Below, piece by piece: positions 1 to 8,146 of a DNA stretch of 11,451 bases. The notes under the pieces were generated by a model, which had not been told where the DNA came from, ran no database searches, and was given only the letters and a program-made list of their open reading frames with translations. Made by a program: the position numbers and the translations under genes. Within the stretch, counting starts at the first letter, position 1. Each line of letters begins with the position of its first letter. The stretch covers positions 1-11,451 of the forward strand of contig JAEOUE010000057.1 of the NCBI GenBank assembly GCA_016839515.1, written 5' to 3'. Origin of the DNA: Candidatus Hodarchaeum mangrovi. GTDB lineage: Archaea; Asgardarchaeota; Heimdallarchaeia; Hodarchaeales; Hodarchaeaceae.

Positions 1-1142
1 ATAATAAATCATTAAGACTTATATTTGTCATTATTTTGATCGTTATTAGTTTTAATTCGAATATATCTCAATTTATTGCTTCCCAATCTTTACCTTGGCA
101 TCTTGAACAAATTTCTATTGAAGAGGCATGGTTATATACGAAGGGTCTAGAAAATATCACTATAGCGGTCATTGATACGGGAGTAGACTTTAATCATCCT
201 GAATTGTATGATTCAGCATGGATTAATCGTGGTGAAATCCCTGATAACGGGATTGATGATGATCAAAATGGTTTTATTGATGATATTTATGGATGGGATT
301 TTTACAATAATGATAATGATCCGCTATATCATATGTCGGATCCGCTCCATCATCATGGGACATTTATTTCAGGAATAATTGCTGCAAAACATGATCAAAA
401 TGATGTAGAAGGGATTTCTCCAAATGTAAAAATAATGGCTTTAAGAATCATTGGATTCGAGTCAGAAGGCAATATTACTTTAGCAAATAATTTAGTTGCT
501 GCCTTAGATTATGCAGCTAAAATGGGTGCCACCATTATAAGTCTGAGTTTAACCATGGATTTTGCTGTTTTTGGTCTGCAAGAAATTATTGAATCAATAG
601 CACTGAAAAATATTCCAATCATTGCTCCAACAGGTAATAATATGTCTAATGGACAGGATGTTTTGAAATTCCCTGCTTGTTACCCTGAAGTAATTAGTGT
701 GGGAGCTTCAAATCTGAATCGTGAGAGAGCATATTACAGTAATTATGGAGCTCATATTGAAATTCTTGCACCTGTAGGAGATAGTCCTATCATTAAAAGC
801 ACTATACCTCAGTATAGCTATTCAACTGGGATAGGAACTTCCTATGCAACACCACAAGTGGCAGCGGTTATTGCTCTTATAAAATCAATTAACTATCGCC
901 TTACGACGGAAGAAATTCGTTATATACTCCATTCAACATGCAGTGATGTGAATCAAACGGGATGGGATAAATATACAGGATGGGGGATTCTGAACGCATC
1001 TACTGCAGTCTTAAAAACCCTTGAATTTAGTGGTATTCCCACGACCCCTAATAAACTTTTTTCATTTCCATCATTGTATTTTTTTACTATTTTTATCCCA
1101 TTACTTATTTTACGTTACCACAAACAAAAGATTAACAAATAA
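1..1142 (+). CDS. S8 family (subtilisin-like) serine peptidase, secreted and C-terminally membrane-anchored; 5'-partial
   Basis: Catalytic motifs IAVIDTG (Asp), HHHGTFISG (His), PTGN (oxyanion Asn) and GTSYATP (Ser), plus the acidic insert NRGEIPDNGIDDDQNGFIDDIYGWDF. The frame is open from position 3 to the listed TTG at 36 and reads NKSLRLIFVIILIVISF, which looks like a signal peptide, so the true start is probably just upstream of the window. The C-terminus is a hydrophobic helix followed by a basic tail (RYHKQKINK). Confidence 0.95.
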   Translation, partial: NKSLRLIFVIILIVISFNSNISQFIASQSLPWHLEQISIEEAWLYTKGLENITIAVIDTGVDFNHPELYDSAWINRGEIPDNGIDDDQNGFIDDIYGWDFYNNDNDPLYHMSDPLHHHGTFISGIIAAKHDQNDVEGISPNVKIMALRIIGFESEGNITLANNLVAALDYAAKMGATIISLSLTMDFAVFGLQEIIESIALKNIPIIAPTGNNMSNGQDVLKFPACYPEVISVGASNLNRERAYYSNYGAHIEILAPVGDSPIIKSTIPQYSYSTGIGTSYATPQVAAVIALIKSINYRLTTEEIRYILHSTCSDVNQTGWDKYTGWGILNASTAVLKTLEFSGIPTTPNKLFSFPSLYFFTIFIPLLILRYHKQKINK

Positions 1143-1291
1143 TTTGATTTAGTTTAATGTTTTTAAGATCTGATGGTAGATATATAGCAAATTTAAAACT
1201 ATTATTATTGATAATAATGGTTTCTAAGACTTTAACCTCTACCGTTTGTCATTTCAATTTACAGGGTTAGTTCAAGCCTCATAAAGCTTGG

Positions 1292-2263
1292 TTAAAACTT
1301 AATTTTGTGAATCAGGTTGGTCAATATTTTCTTGAAAAATTGATAGTCTTCAGGTTCTGATTCATAATATTCTAAACCCCAGCGTGTTTCTAAGTCTAAT
1401 CCTTTCTCACTTGTGATAATATTCTTTTCCGCATTCATACCTATAATGAACACAGGTAAAGGAGACTTTTGATTTTTTAGAAGTAATTCAATTAATTTGA
1501 TAACCTGTTCATATGAAAGTAAATCTCCTCTATCATAAATCAAAATCTGTCCATGATTATCCTGATATAACTCAGTCAAACTTTGATCAATATTAATACT
1601 GGATGATATTTGCAATAGATGAAGATTAAATGTCTCCAATTCCTTTAAATATGAGGTAATACCCTGTAAAGCTAATTCATTTGACTTTTTTTGATTTGTA
1701 TAATTTTCTAGCAGATTTGAACCAATCCAATCTGGAGAACTGATTACACCAATTATTAACTCCTTAGCATAATATCTTTTAATTATAGAAGTTAAAACCC
1801 GTTCTATCTCGATTGGAGTCTCTCCCTCTAATTCATAATAATCAGAATTTAATTCATAAGCTAAATTTTTTGCTGTTTTAGGAGTTATAAATTCAACTTC
1901 ACTTTTAATTCCCAAAAGTATTGAAGGTATACCATGCTGCTCTATATAAGGTTTAAAATTACCAAAAAATTCTTTAATCTTATTGAACGACCCACGGTCA
2001 TCTTTTTTGAAGACAAAGAAAACACAGGACGTTCCTACAAGATTTTTAAAATTCAAAGCCCCAGTCTCAGTAATTCCAAGATCATATAACAAATTTAGTC
2101 TTGCATCAAATGTTTTCGTCTTCAAGGTCATCGCATGAATATCAACACCGATATAAGAAGTTGTTCCTGTTAAAGTAAAGGTAGATATTTGCTTTACCAG
2201 ATTAGCAGCGATACTATTCGGATAACTTTGGAAAAAAAATTTTAATGTTAAATCTTTCTTCAT
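1292..2263 (-). CDS. Protein with two tandem degenerate Rab/Ras-like small GTPase domains (probable pseudo-GTPase)
   Basis: Domain 1 (about aa 1-165): IGVD (RabF1-like), LYDLG (G3 remnant), VFFVF..DRGSF, ILLGIKSE (G4 remnant), YYE (G5 region). Domain 2 repeats the order: LIYDRGDLLSY, VFIIGMN, LEYYES. Neither domain has GxxxxGK[ST]. AGGT (Shine-Dalgarno-like) lies upstream of the ATG. Confidence 0.7.
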   Translation of the reverse strand: MKKDLTLKFFFQSYPNSIAANLVKQISTFTLTGTTSYIGVDIHAMTLKTKTFDARLNLLYDLGITETGALNFKNLVGTSCVFFVFKKDDRGSFNKIKEFFGNFKPYIEQHGIPSILLGIKSEVEFITPKTAKNLAYELNSDYYELEGETPIEIERVLTSIIKRYYAKELIIGVISSPDWIGSNLLENYTNQKKSNELALQGITSYLKELETFNLHLLQISSSINIDQSLTELYQDNHGQILIYDRGDLLSYEQVIKLIELLLKNQKSPLPVFIIGMNAEKNIITSEKGLDLETRWGLEYYESEPEDYQFFKKILTNLIHKIKF

Positions 2264-2360
2264 AGTATGAACCTTTATTTCTTTACTGTATTATCTAACA
2301 GAACTTTAAATTGTTTTAATCCGTGTACTGATTTGACTAAAAAGCTAGTAGTAATTTGAA

Positions 2361-3239
2361 TCAAGATTTTAATTTTTCAATGATCTCCGTGAAATGGTTT
2401 ATATAAGTAGACATGTGTCCTTCATCAGGATAAATTGTTATGTTACAGTTTGGAATTTGATCACTTATTTCTTGTGCTATTACAACTGGAATAGTTGAAT
2501 CCAATTCACCATGAAATATATGAACATTAACTGTGTTTGGGATTTCATTTAACTCGAAACCCCAAGGTTTTGTATATAATCTAAAATCCTCTGCAGGGCC
2601 CTTTATTCCCTGATTATATGCTTCTTTAGTTTTATTAATCATCCTTTTTTTAATCGTAGAATCACTAATCAGTGCCTGATCTCTCTCAGGTAACTTTTTA
2701 TATAATTTTTGAAAGTTTTTTTCCCACCATTGTTCGTTATTAAATCTTCGGAGAGTTAAGGTGAGCATTAAACGGTGTAACAATGGAAAACGCCTAGCAA
2801 TAATAAACTGATATCGTGTCTGCTTCTCAATCTTATCTTTTATTAAATTATATGGTCCTAAACCAGAGACAATAGCACATCCAGTTAGAAAATCAGGTAT
2901 TTTATATGCACAAGCTAAAGCATAAGGAGCACCTCCGCTTCCTCCCAGAACAGCGAATTTGTCAATAGCTAGATGTTCTGCTAGTTCAATTATGTCATTT
3001 GGCCAGTCTGTTATCAATCGGTCCTTTTGGAAATCAGAAAGACCCATTCCAGGTCTATCAGGACATACAAAACGGATTTCCAGTTCGTTACAGAATGATT
3101 CTTTTCCAAATACTGCTTCAAGACGACTGCCATCTCTACCGTGAAAATAAAAAATCGGTACCGCATTTGGATTTCCATATTCAATATAACCCAGATTACG
3201 ACCATTTGATAATTCAATAGTTTGAGATATATCCTTCAT
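2361..3239 (-). CDS. Alpha/beta-fold hydrolase (Ser-Asp-His)
   Basis: GRNLGYIEYG, FHG, PDRPGMGLSD, nucleophile elbow GGSGG, HGELD (acid) and EGH (His). Shine-Dalgarno-like GAGGT upstream of the ATG. Confidence 0.93.
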   Translation of the reverse strand: MKDISQTIELSNGRNLGYIEYGNPNAVPIFYFHGRDGSRLEAVFGKESFCNELEIRFVCPDRPGMGLSDFQKDRLITDWPNDIIELAEHLAIDKFAVLGGSGGAPYALACAYKIPDFLTGCAIVSGLGPYNLIKDKIEKQTRYQFIIARRFPLLHRLMLTLTLRRFNNEQWWEKNFQKLYKKLPERDQALISDSTIKKRMINKTKEAYNQGIKGPAEDFRLYTKPWGFELNEIPNTVNVHIFHGELDSTIPVVIAQEISDQIPNCNITIYPDEGHMSTYINHFTEIIEKLKS

Positions 3240-3318
3240 TCCAGAAACCTCATCCTATTTGTTAATTATTGTAAAATTGCAGGTATTAATTAATTATTTT
3301 GATTTAAATAACATTAGA

Positions 3319-4275
3319 CTAAATAATAGTCACTTGTAAACCAGCTTCTTGTGCTACTATTTCAAAGGTTTTAAGATCATTGTCTTGAATTTTTAATTTT
3401 TTATTCAATAAATATGGGCGACCTAATTCTTGGTATTTTCCTCTTCCCCATTCATGATATTTAAGAAACCTAATATTTTTGATTCCAAATTCTGTGCATA
3501 AATCAATGGTCTCTTTAATGTTTTCAAGATAATCATTAATCCCTGGAATAATTGGGACAGAAATTGTTATTTTGTTAACTTCATTTTGACTTAATCTTTT
3601 AAGATTTAAATGAATTTTTTCATTACTTACCCCTGTTAATGCTTTATGAAATTTTGAATCAATAATTTTTAGGTCAAAGAAGAAGAAATCAATATTAGGT
3701 AGGAAATCAACTACTTTGTCCCAATCAAAATAACCACAAGTCTCTACCCCAACAGAAAAGCCAACTGCCATAGTTTTCTTTAAGAATTCCCTAATAAAAC
3801 CTGTATGGGCTAGTGGTTCACCTCCTGAGAGTGTTATTCCTCCTCCTGAATTTCTAAATAATAAAGAATTCTTTTTTACTTTTTCAAATAAACCTAAAAC
3901 TGTAATAGAGTATCCAACGGTCTTTAAAGCATTTTCAGGACACATTTTAGTACATGTCTTTGATTTACACATTAAACAATGCTCTCTGCTAATAATTGGG
4001 AAATTTGAATTAGAACAATCAATATTAAGAAAAGGACAAGTGTTTTCACATCTCCTACATTTTTTGCATTTAATCCTAAAATAAATTATTTCTGGATCAA
4101 ATAATTGACTTTCTGGATTCGAACACCAAGAACACCGAAGATAACAACCTTTAAAAAAAATAACTGTCCTTATTCCAGGCCCATCATCTACACAATAATC
4201 TTGTATATTAAAAATTATTGTTTCTTCATTTTTGAAGGATAAACGATTTATTAAATCTCGTGCCAATGTCATCAA
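3319..4275 (-). CDS. Glycyl-radical enzyme activating enzyme (radical SAM) with ferredoxin-like insert
   Basis: DGPGIRTVIFFKGCYLRCSWCSNPES (CxxxCxxC at C44/C48/C51), GGITLSGGEP, VETCG and FDLK. The insert has CxxCxxCxxxCP and CxxCx4CxxxCP. The start (TTG 4275 or ATG 4272) overlaps the GRE stop codon. Confidence 0.96.
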   Translation of the reverse strand: MMTLARDLINRLSFKNEETIIFNIQDYCVDDGPGIRTVIFFKGCYLRCSWCSNPESQLFDPEIIYFRIKCKKCRRCENTCPFLNIDCSNSNFPIISREHCLMCKSKTCTKMCPENALKTVGYSITVLGLFEKVKKNSLLFRNSGGGITLSGGEPLAHTGFIREFLKKTMAVGFSVGVETCGYFDWDKVVDFLPNIDFFFFDLKIIDSKFHKALTGVSNEKIHLNLKRLSQNEVNKITISVPIIPGINDYLENIKETIDLCTEFGIKNIRFLKYHEWGRGKYQELGRPYLLNKKLKIQDNDLKTFEIVAQEAGLQVTII

Positions 4276-6758
4276 AGCATTATTTCAGTTCTTTCAATAA
4301 CTTGGTCTTGAATGGACTTGCTTAACTCAACAAAGAAAGCACTAAATCCAGCAACACGAACAATCAAATCGCGATACTTGTCTGGATTTTTTTGAGCGTC
4401 TCTTAACATCTTTGTATCAACCACATTAAATTGTAATTGAAAACCAAGGTAATCAAAATATGTTTTAATCAAGGAAATTAATTTTTTTGAACCTGAAATT
4501 CCTTTTAGAGCAGTAGGATGGAATTTCATATTATGAAGCCCACCTCGTATCTTAGTATGGTCAACTTTCGCTGCTGATAAGATTGTGGCAACTGGCCCAT
4601 TAAGATCAGTTCCGGGGAATGGTGAGGTTACTCCATCACATAATGACACTCCTGAAAGCCTTCCATCAGGAGTTGCTCCAGTTACTTTTCCAAATGGTGT
4701 ATGAGTACTAATCGCTAACATTGACGGATCATATGGTTTACCTAAATAATTAATCCCATTCTTTACGAATTCACAATAAGTATTAAAGAGATCAACAAAG
4801 ATCTCATCAACATAATCATTATTATTCCCCCACTTGGGAGCATCAAGAGCTTTTCTTCTCATATCATCGTTGTTTTTGAAATTATTTTTACAAGCTTCCA
4901 TGATATCCGAGATGGAATATAATTTTTCATCTTCTACAAGCATTTTTATTGCAGCAAGAGAATTTGCAACATTTACCATTCCTGTGGAAAGAGTAGTCGG
5001 TACTTCATTACAAATTGCACCACCATCATCAAGAGATAAACCTCTTTCTATACAATCTCTGATTAAAAGGGAAGAATAAATTAGATTACAGGTCTGTCGA
5101 TGAGCTGCCATAACAATGTTCCAGTAAGATTGCCAATTTTGTATAGCTATTTCTAAATGAGTCTTATAGGCCTCAATTAATTCTTCATAATTTTGAGGAA
5201 TCTTTGTTTCAGTGAATTGCAAACCTGTACGTAGATCTTTTCCTCCATACATTGCTAATTCAAGTAATTTCCCATGATTAATAAATCCTGGTTGAACAAT
5301 TCCATAACTCATCCCTTCCATAGTTGGTTCAGTACATCCTCCCATAGCTGCATATTTCCTAATAACAGGAACTGGTAATCCAGATTTTTGTAATTCATGT
5401 TGGATATATATCTTAAGATTAAACCATGCTGGGAAACCACATCCCGTTTTTACACATTCAACTGCTTTTAAAAGAAATTCCTCACTAAGAGAATCATCAT
5501 ACCATATTGATAAGGTAGGCTGTATAGTTTGACAATTAATAGCTGCTTGCAAAATTAACATCGATAATTCGTTATCACCTCTTCTTCCATTTTCATCTGT
5601 CCCTCCAATAATCATATTTTGAAATAAGTTTCCTGATCCAAGGCCCTCCCAAGAGAATGAAGCCATATATTCTATTTCGGTCATTTTTATACGTAATGCT
5701 TCTAGTAACTCTAATACATCATCATCAGAAATATTTGTATCATTCTTATAAAAATAATACATATACCTGTCAAATCTTCCAGGTGAATATCCAAGATGAG
5801 CTCCCTCAATATGACCAGCTAGGTAAATAAACCAAAAAGCTTGGATAGCTTCCTTAAAGTTTCGAGGTGGATATTTTGGTACCAATTTACAAGTATTAGC
5901 AATCATAAATAACTCTTGTTTTCTTTTTGGATCCATTTCTGTTTGCGCTAATCTCTTTGCTTCTTTAGCATAAATGTTAGCCCAATTAATTGTTGCTTCT
6001 AGTACTCTTATTCCAGACCTCCAAAAATATATTTTTTCTGCTGATTTATAGTCAGTTATTCGTGTTTTTGAAATATTGATTTTTATTCTTTCAATGATTT
6101 TTAAAAATCCTTCATTCAATGCTGACTCGAAATCAAGAACATATCTTCCTTCTGGAGCAGGATCATGGGGAGCTGTATATAATACTGCTTCCCAACCCTT
6201 TTCGATGTAATCTGCTTCAGAAAATGTCGTTTTCCATAAAGCATCACCTAAATCCTGCATATTTTTGTCTTTAAAATATTCTGCACATTCTTTCAGCTTA
6301 CTTTTATCATTTTTAGATATAAGAAATTTATGAGAAAAAAGTTCAAATTCTCCTGACCTAGCAAGTTCTCTTCCTTTGGCAATACCACCTCCTTCTCCTA
6401 AATCTGTCACAATATCCTGAGCTTCTTGTTGTTCTTCTTCAAAAACTCTCTGAATGTAAGCAGAAGCATAATTACAATAAGGAATGGCTCCACGGACAAA
6501 TCTTGTCTTATTTCCAACAATAAGCTCATTATCTCTGATCACAGGTGTTATATTTTCTAAAGCATAGGCATGACATTCAGCTCTTCTTCCTAGTACATTC
6601 ATACCATCAGTTTTCCGATGTGCCTCCATATAATAATAGATATACTCAGGATCGATGATCAAAGGTTCTGATAAATATTTATCACGTAATTGTCGAATTC
6701 TATCCGTAGAGGGTTCTTTGACAATTTCACGTCTTTCAAAGCTAAGTGATTCCGTCAC
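4272..6758 (-). CDS. Glycyl-radical enzyme (PFL2/glycerol dehydratase superfamily), probably of the arylacetate-decarboxylase branch
   Basis: Glycyl-radical loop LIVRVAGFS (G804, 4347-4349), Cys loop GGCTEP (C475/E477), ELIVG, SPGRFD and GATPDGR. The single active-site Cys argues against true pyruvate formate-lyase, which has CC. GTG start. Confidence is for the superfamily; the branch assignment is less certain. Confidence 0.95.
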   Translation of the reverse strand: MTESLSFERREIVKEPSTDRIRQLRDKYLSEPLIIDPEYIYYYMEAHRKTDGMNVLGRRAECHAYALENITPVIRDNELIVGNKTRFVRGAIPYCNYASAYIQRVFEEEQQEAQDIVTDLGEGGGIAKGRELARSGEFELFSHKFLISKNDKSKLKECAEYFKDKNMQDLGDALWKTTFSEADYIEKGWEAVLYTAPHDPAPEGRYVLDFESALNEGFLKIIERIKINISKTRITDYKSAEKIYFWRSGIRVLEATINWANIYAKEAKRLAQTEMDPKRKQELFMIANTCKLVPKYPPRNFKEAIQAFWFIYLAGHIEGAHLGYSPGRFDRYMYYFYKNDTNISDDDVLELLEALRIKMTEIEYMASFSWEGLGSGNLFQNMIIGGTDENGRRGDNELSMLILQAAINCQTIQPTLSIWYDDSLSEEFLLKAVECVKTGCGFPAWFNLKIYIQHELQKSGLPVPVIRKYAAMGGCTEPTMEGMSYGIVQPGFINHGKLLELAMYGGKDLRTGLQFTETKIPQNYEELIEAYKTHLEIAIQNWQSYWNIVMAAHRQTCNLIYSSLLIRDCIERGLSLDDGGAICNEVPTTLSTGMVNVANSLAAIKMLVEDEKLYSISDIMEACKNNFKNNDDMRRKALDAPKWGNNNDYVDEIFVDLFNTYCEFVKNGINYLGKPYDPSMLAISTHTPFGKVTGATPDGRLSGVSLCDGVTSPFPGTDLNGPVATILSAAKVDHTKIRGGLHNMKFHPTALKGISGSKKLISLIKTYFDYLGFQLQFNVVDTKMLRDAQKNPDKYRDLIVRVAGFSAFFVELSKSIQDQVIERTEIML

Positions 6759-6805
6759 TTTTCATCTACTTCTTATCTGATTTTGAATAATTCTTATAGT
6801 TAGTA

Positions 6806-6826
6806 TTAATATAAATTATATTTTCA
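6806..6826 (-). promoter_or_regulatory. Candidate archaeal TATA/BRE region for the GRE operon
   Basis: The minus strand reads GAAAATATAATTTATATTAA about 50 nt upstream of the GRE GTG. The background is AT-rich, so this is tentative. Confidence 0.35.
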
Positions 6827-7007
6827 TGCTTTAAGATTATCTAGTTTGGTTCCATAATTCAATCTCTCCAAAAAAGAGGTTAGGATATTTAGCTCCCAGT
6901 TTTATAATAAAAGAACATTTTATTGAAATTATTAAAGGAATAAAGAATATACTAAAATAATTCATTAATCATTTATAGTGCCAAATCAGAAATTCATAAT
7001 TAATAAC

Positions 7008-7015
7008 TATATAAA
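7008..7015 (+). promoter_or_regulatory. Candidate TATA box for the M48 peptidase gene
   Basis: TATATAAA ends 30 nt before the ATG at 7046, consistent with a short-leader or leaderless archaeal transcript. Confidence 0.45.
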
Positions 7016-7045
7016 CACATTATTGGATTTCAAGTAAGTAATGAA

Positions 7046-8146
7046 ATGAACTCATTTAATCCTACATCAACTCCTTTACGTCTTCCTCTCATCGATTGGG
7101 TTGTATTAGGATTTTATACGATATTTGTACCTCTTTTGATTACTGGTCTTCTAAGTATTTCATTAATAATCTTTTCAGATTTTATTAATTCGCTATTGAT
7201 CTTGCTATTAACAGTATCAATAATTTTTATTTTTCTCCTGTATATTTTTATTTACTCATATCTAGAGCTAAGGAACAATGCTTTGAAAGTTCATTATTTT
7301 CAATTTTTGCCTTCAGGAAGAGATGTAATTTTAGTGTTTATCAAATTAGTTTATCAAATTCTTTTTGTAGGACTTTTTATTGTTCTAGTATTTAATAGTC
7401 TCCTGATAACACAATTTGCTCCGTGGTTTTACCTTTTAATTTCTCTAGGTTTATCATTAATCATTCAAGCTATATTTGCTTCCTTGTCAAATAATGCAAA
7501 ACGACAACTTTTAGCCACTGCACTAGAACCTGTTAGCTCTGATATTATCCAAAGATTAAATATCCAAAAAAATGAACAAAAAATAACAGAATTCCGTTTC
7601 GCTGACATTCAAATTCCTTCATTATTCTTAACAGCTGGCGTTATGCCTTACGGGATGAATTATGCATGCTTAATCTCGAGATATTTCAAATGGAAGTTAA
7701 ATGATGATGAAATTCTAGCAGTCCTTGCTCATGAAATGGGGCACATCACTCATAATCATATTAAAGTTCAGTTTTTATTTTCAGGCATGGATGGACTACT
7801 AAGGAGTCTTCGAATATTTTGTATCTTTTTTTATCTCGTCTACTACTCTGAAATTTCTGCTACTAACTTATTAGCCCAATTTTTATTCATTGTAGTTATT
7901 TTTCTAACTTTTGGTGCAACTGCTTTATTAGAAATTATTAAACGTTATCGATTTTTCCTTCAAGAAATTCGTGCTGACAATTACAGTAAAAAACACGTTG
8001 ATAACAAGTTGATGGCTAAAACCTTAGCTAAGATCCCTCAAACCATTCCAGCAGCCATATCTCCCCTAGCACAAGATTTCTTAAAATTCCGAATTTCACT
8101 TTTAACGATAAGTTTTTCAGTTGAGCAGAATGAAGTCATTCCCTAA
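7046..8146 (+). CDS. M48 family (HtpX/Ste24-like) integral membrane zinc metallopeptidase
   Basis: LNDDEILAVLAHEMGH (HExxH at 7730-7744) and the third ligand in QEIRAD. About four N-terminal TM helices and two more between the zinc motifs. Confidence 0.88.
   Translation: MNSFNPTSTPLRLPLIDWVVLGFYTIFVPLLITGLLSISLIIFSDFINSLLILLLTVSIIFIFLLYIFIYSYLELRNNALKVHYFQFLPSGRDVILVFIKLVYQILFVGLFIVLVFNSLLITQFAPWFYLLISLGLSLIIQAIFASLSNNAKRQLLATALEPVSSDIIQRLNIQKNEQKITEFRFADIQIPSLFLTAGVMPYGMNYACLISRYFKWKLNDDEILAVLAHEMGHITHNHIKVQFLFSGMDGLLRSLRIFCIFFYLVYYSEISATNLLAQFLFIVVIFLTFGATALLEIIKRYRFFLQEIRADNYSKKHVDNKLMAKTLAKIPQTIPAAISPLAQDFLKFRISLLTISFSVEQNEVIP

Noticed and set aside
1201-1218. Inverted repeat ATTATTAT-TG-ATAATAAT between convergent genes
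   Set aside because: Low-complexity AT arms and a 2-nt loop; likely chance.
1273-1290. Hairpin CAAGC-N8-GCTTG next to the pseudo-GTPase stop
   Set aside because: Only a 5-bp stem and no U-tract; too weak to call a terminator.
2959-3220. Short ORFs 2959-3144 (+), 2999-3220 (+) and 3014-3217 (-)
   Set aside because: All lie inside the well-supported hydrolase gene and show no motifs; shadow ORFs.
4834-5079. 81-aa ORF on the + strand
   Set aside because: Antisense to the GRE with no recognisable features; not an HpdC-like subunit.
4272-6758. Naming the GRE pflB, cutC, hpdB or bssA
   Set aside because: No CC pair as in PFL, no CutC-type motifs and no small-subunit genes; the HPAD phenol-binding residues appear absent. 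No gene symbol is justified.
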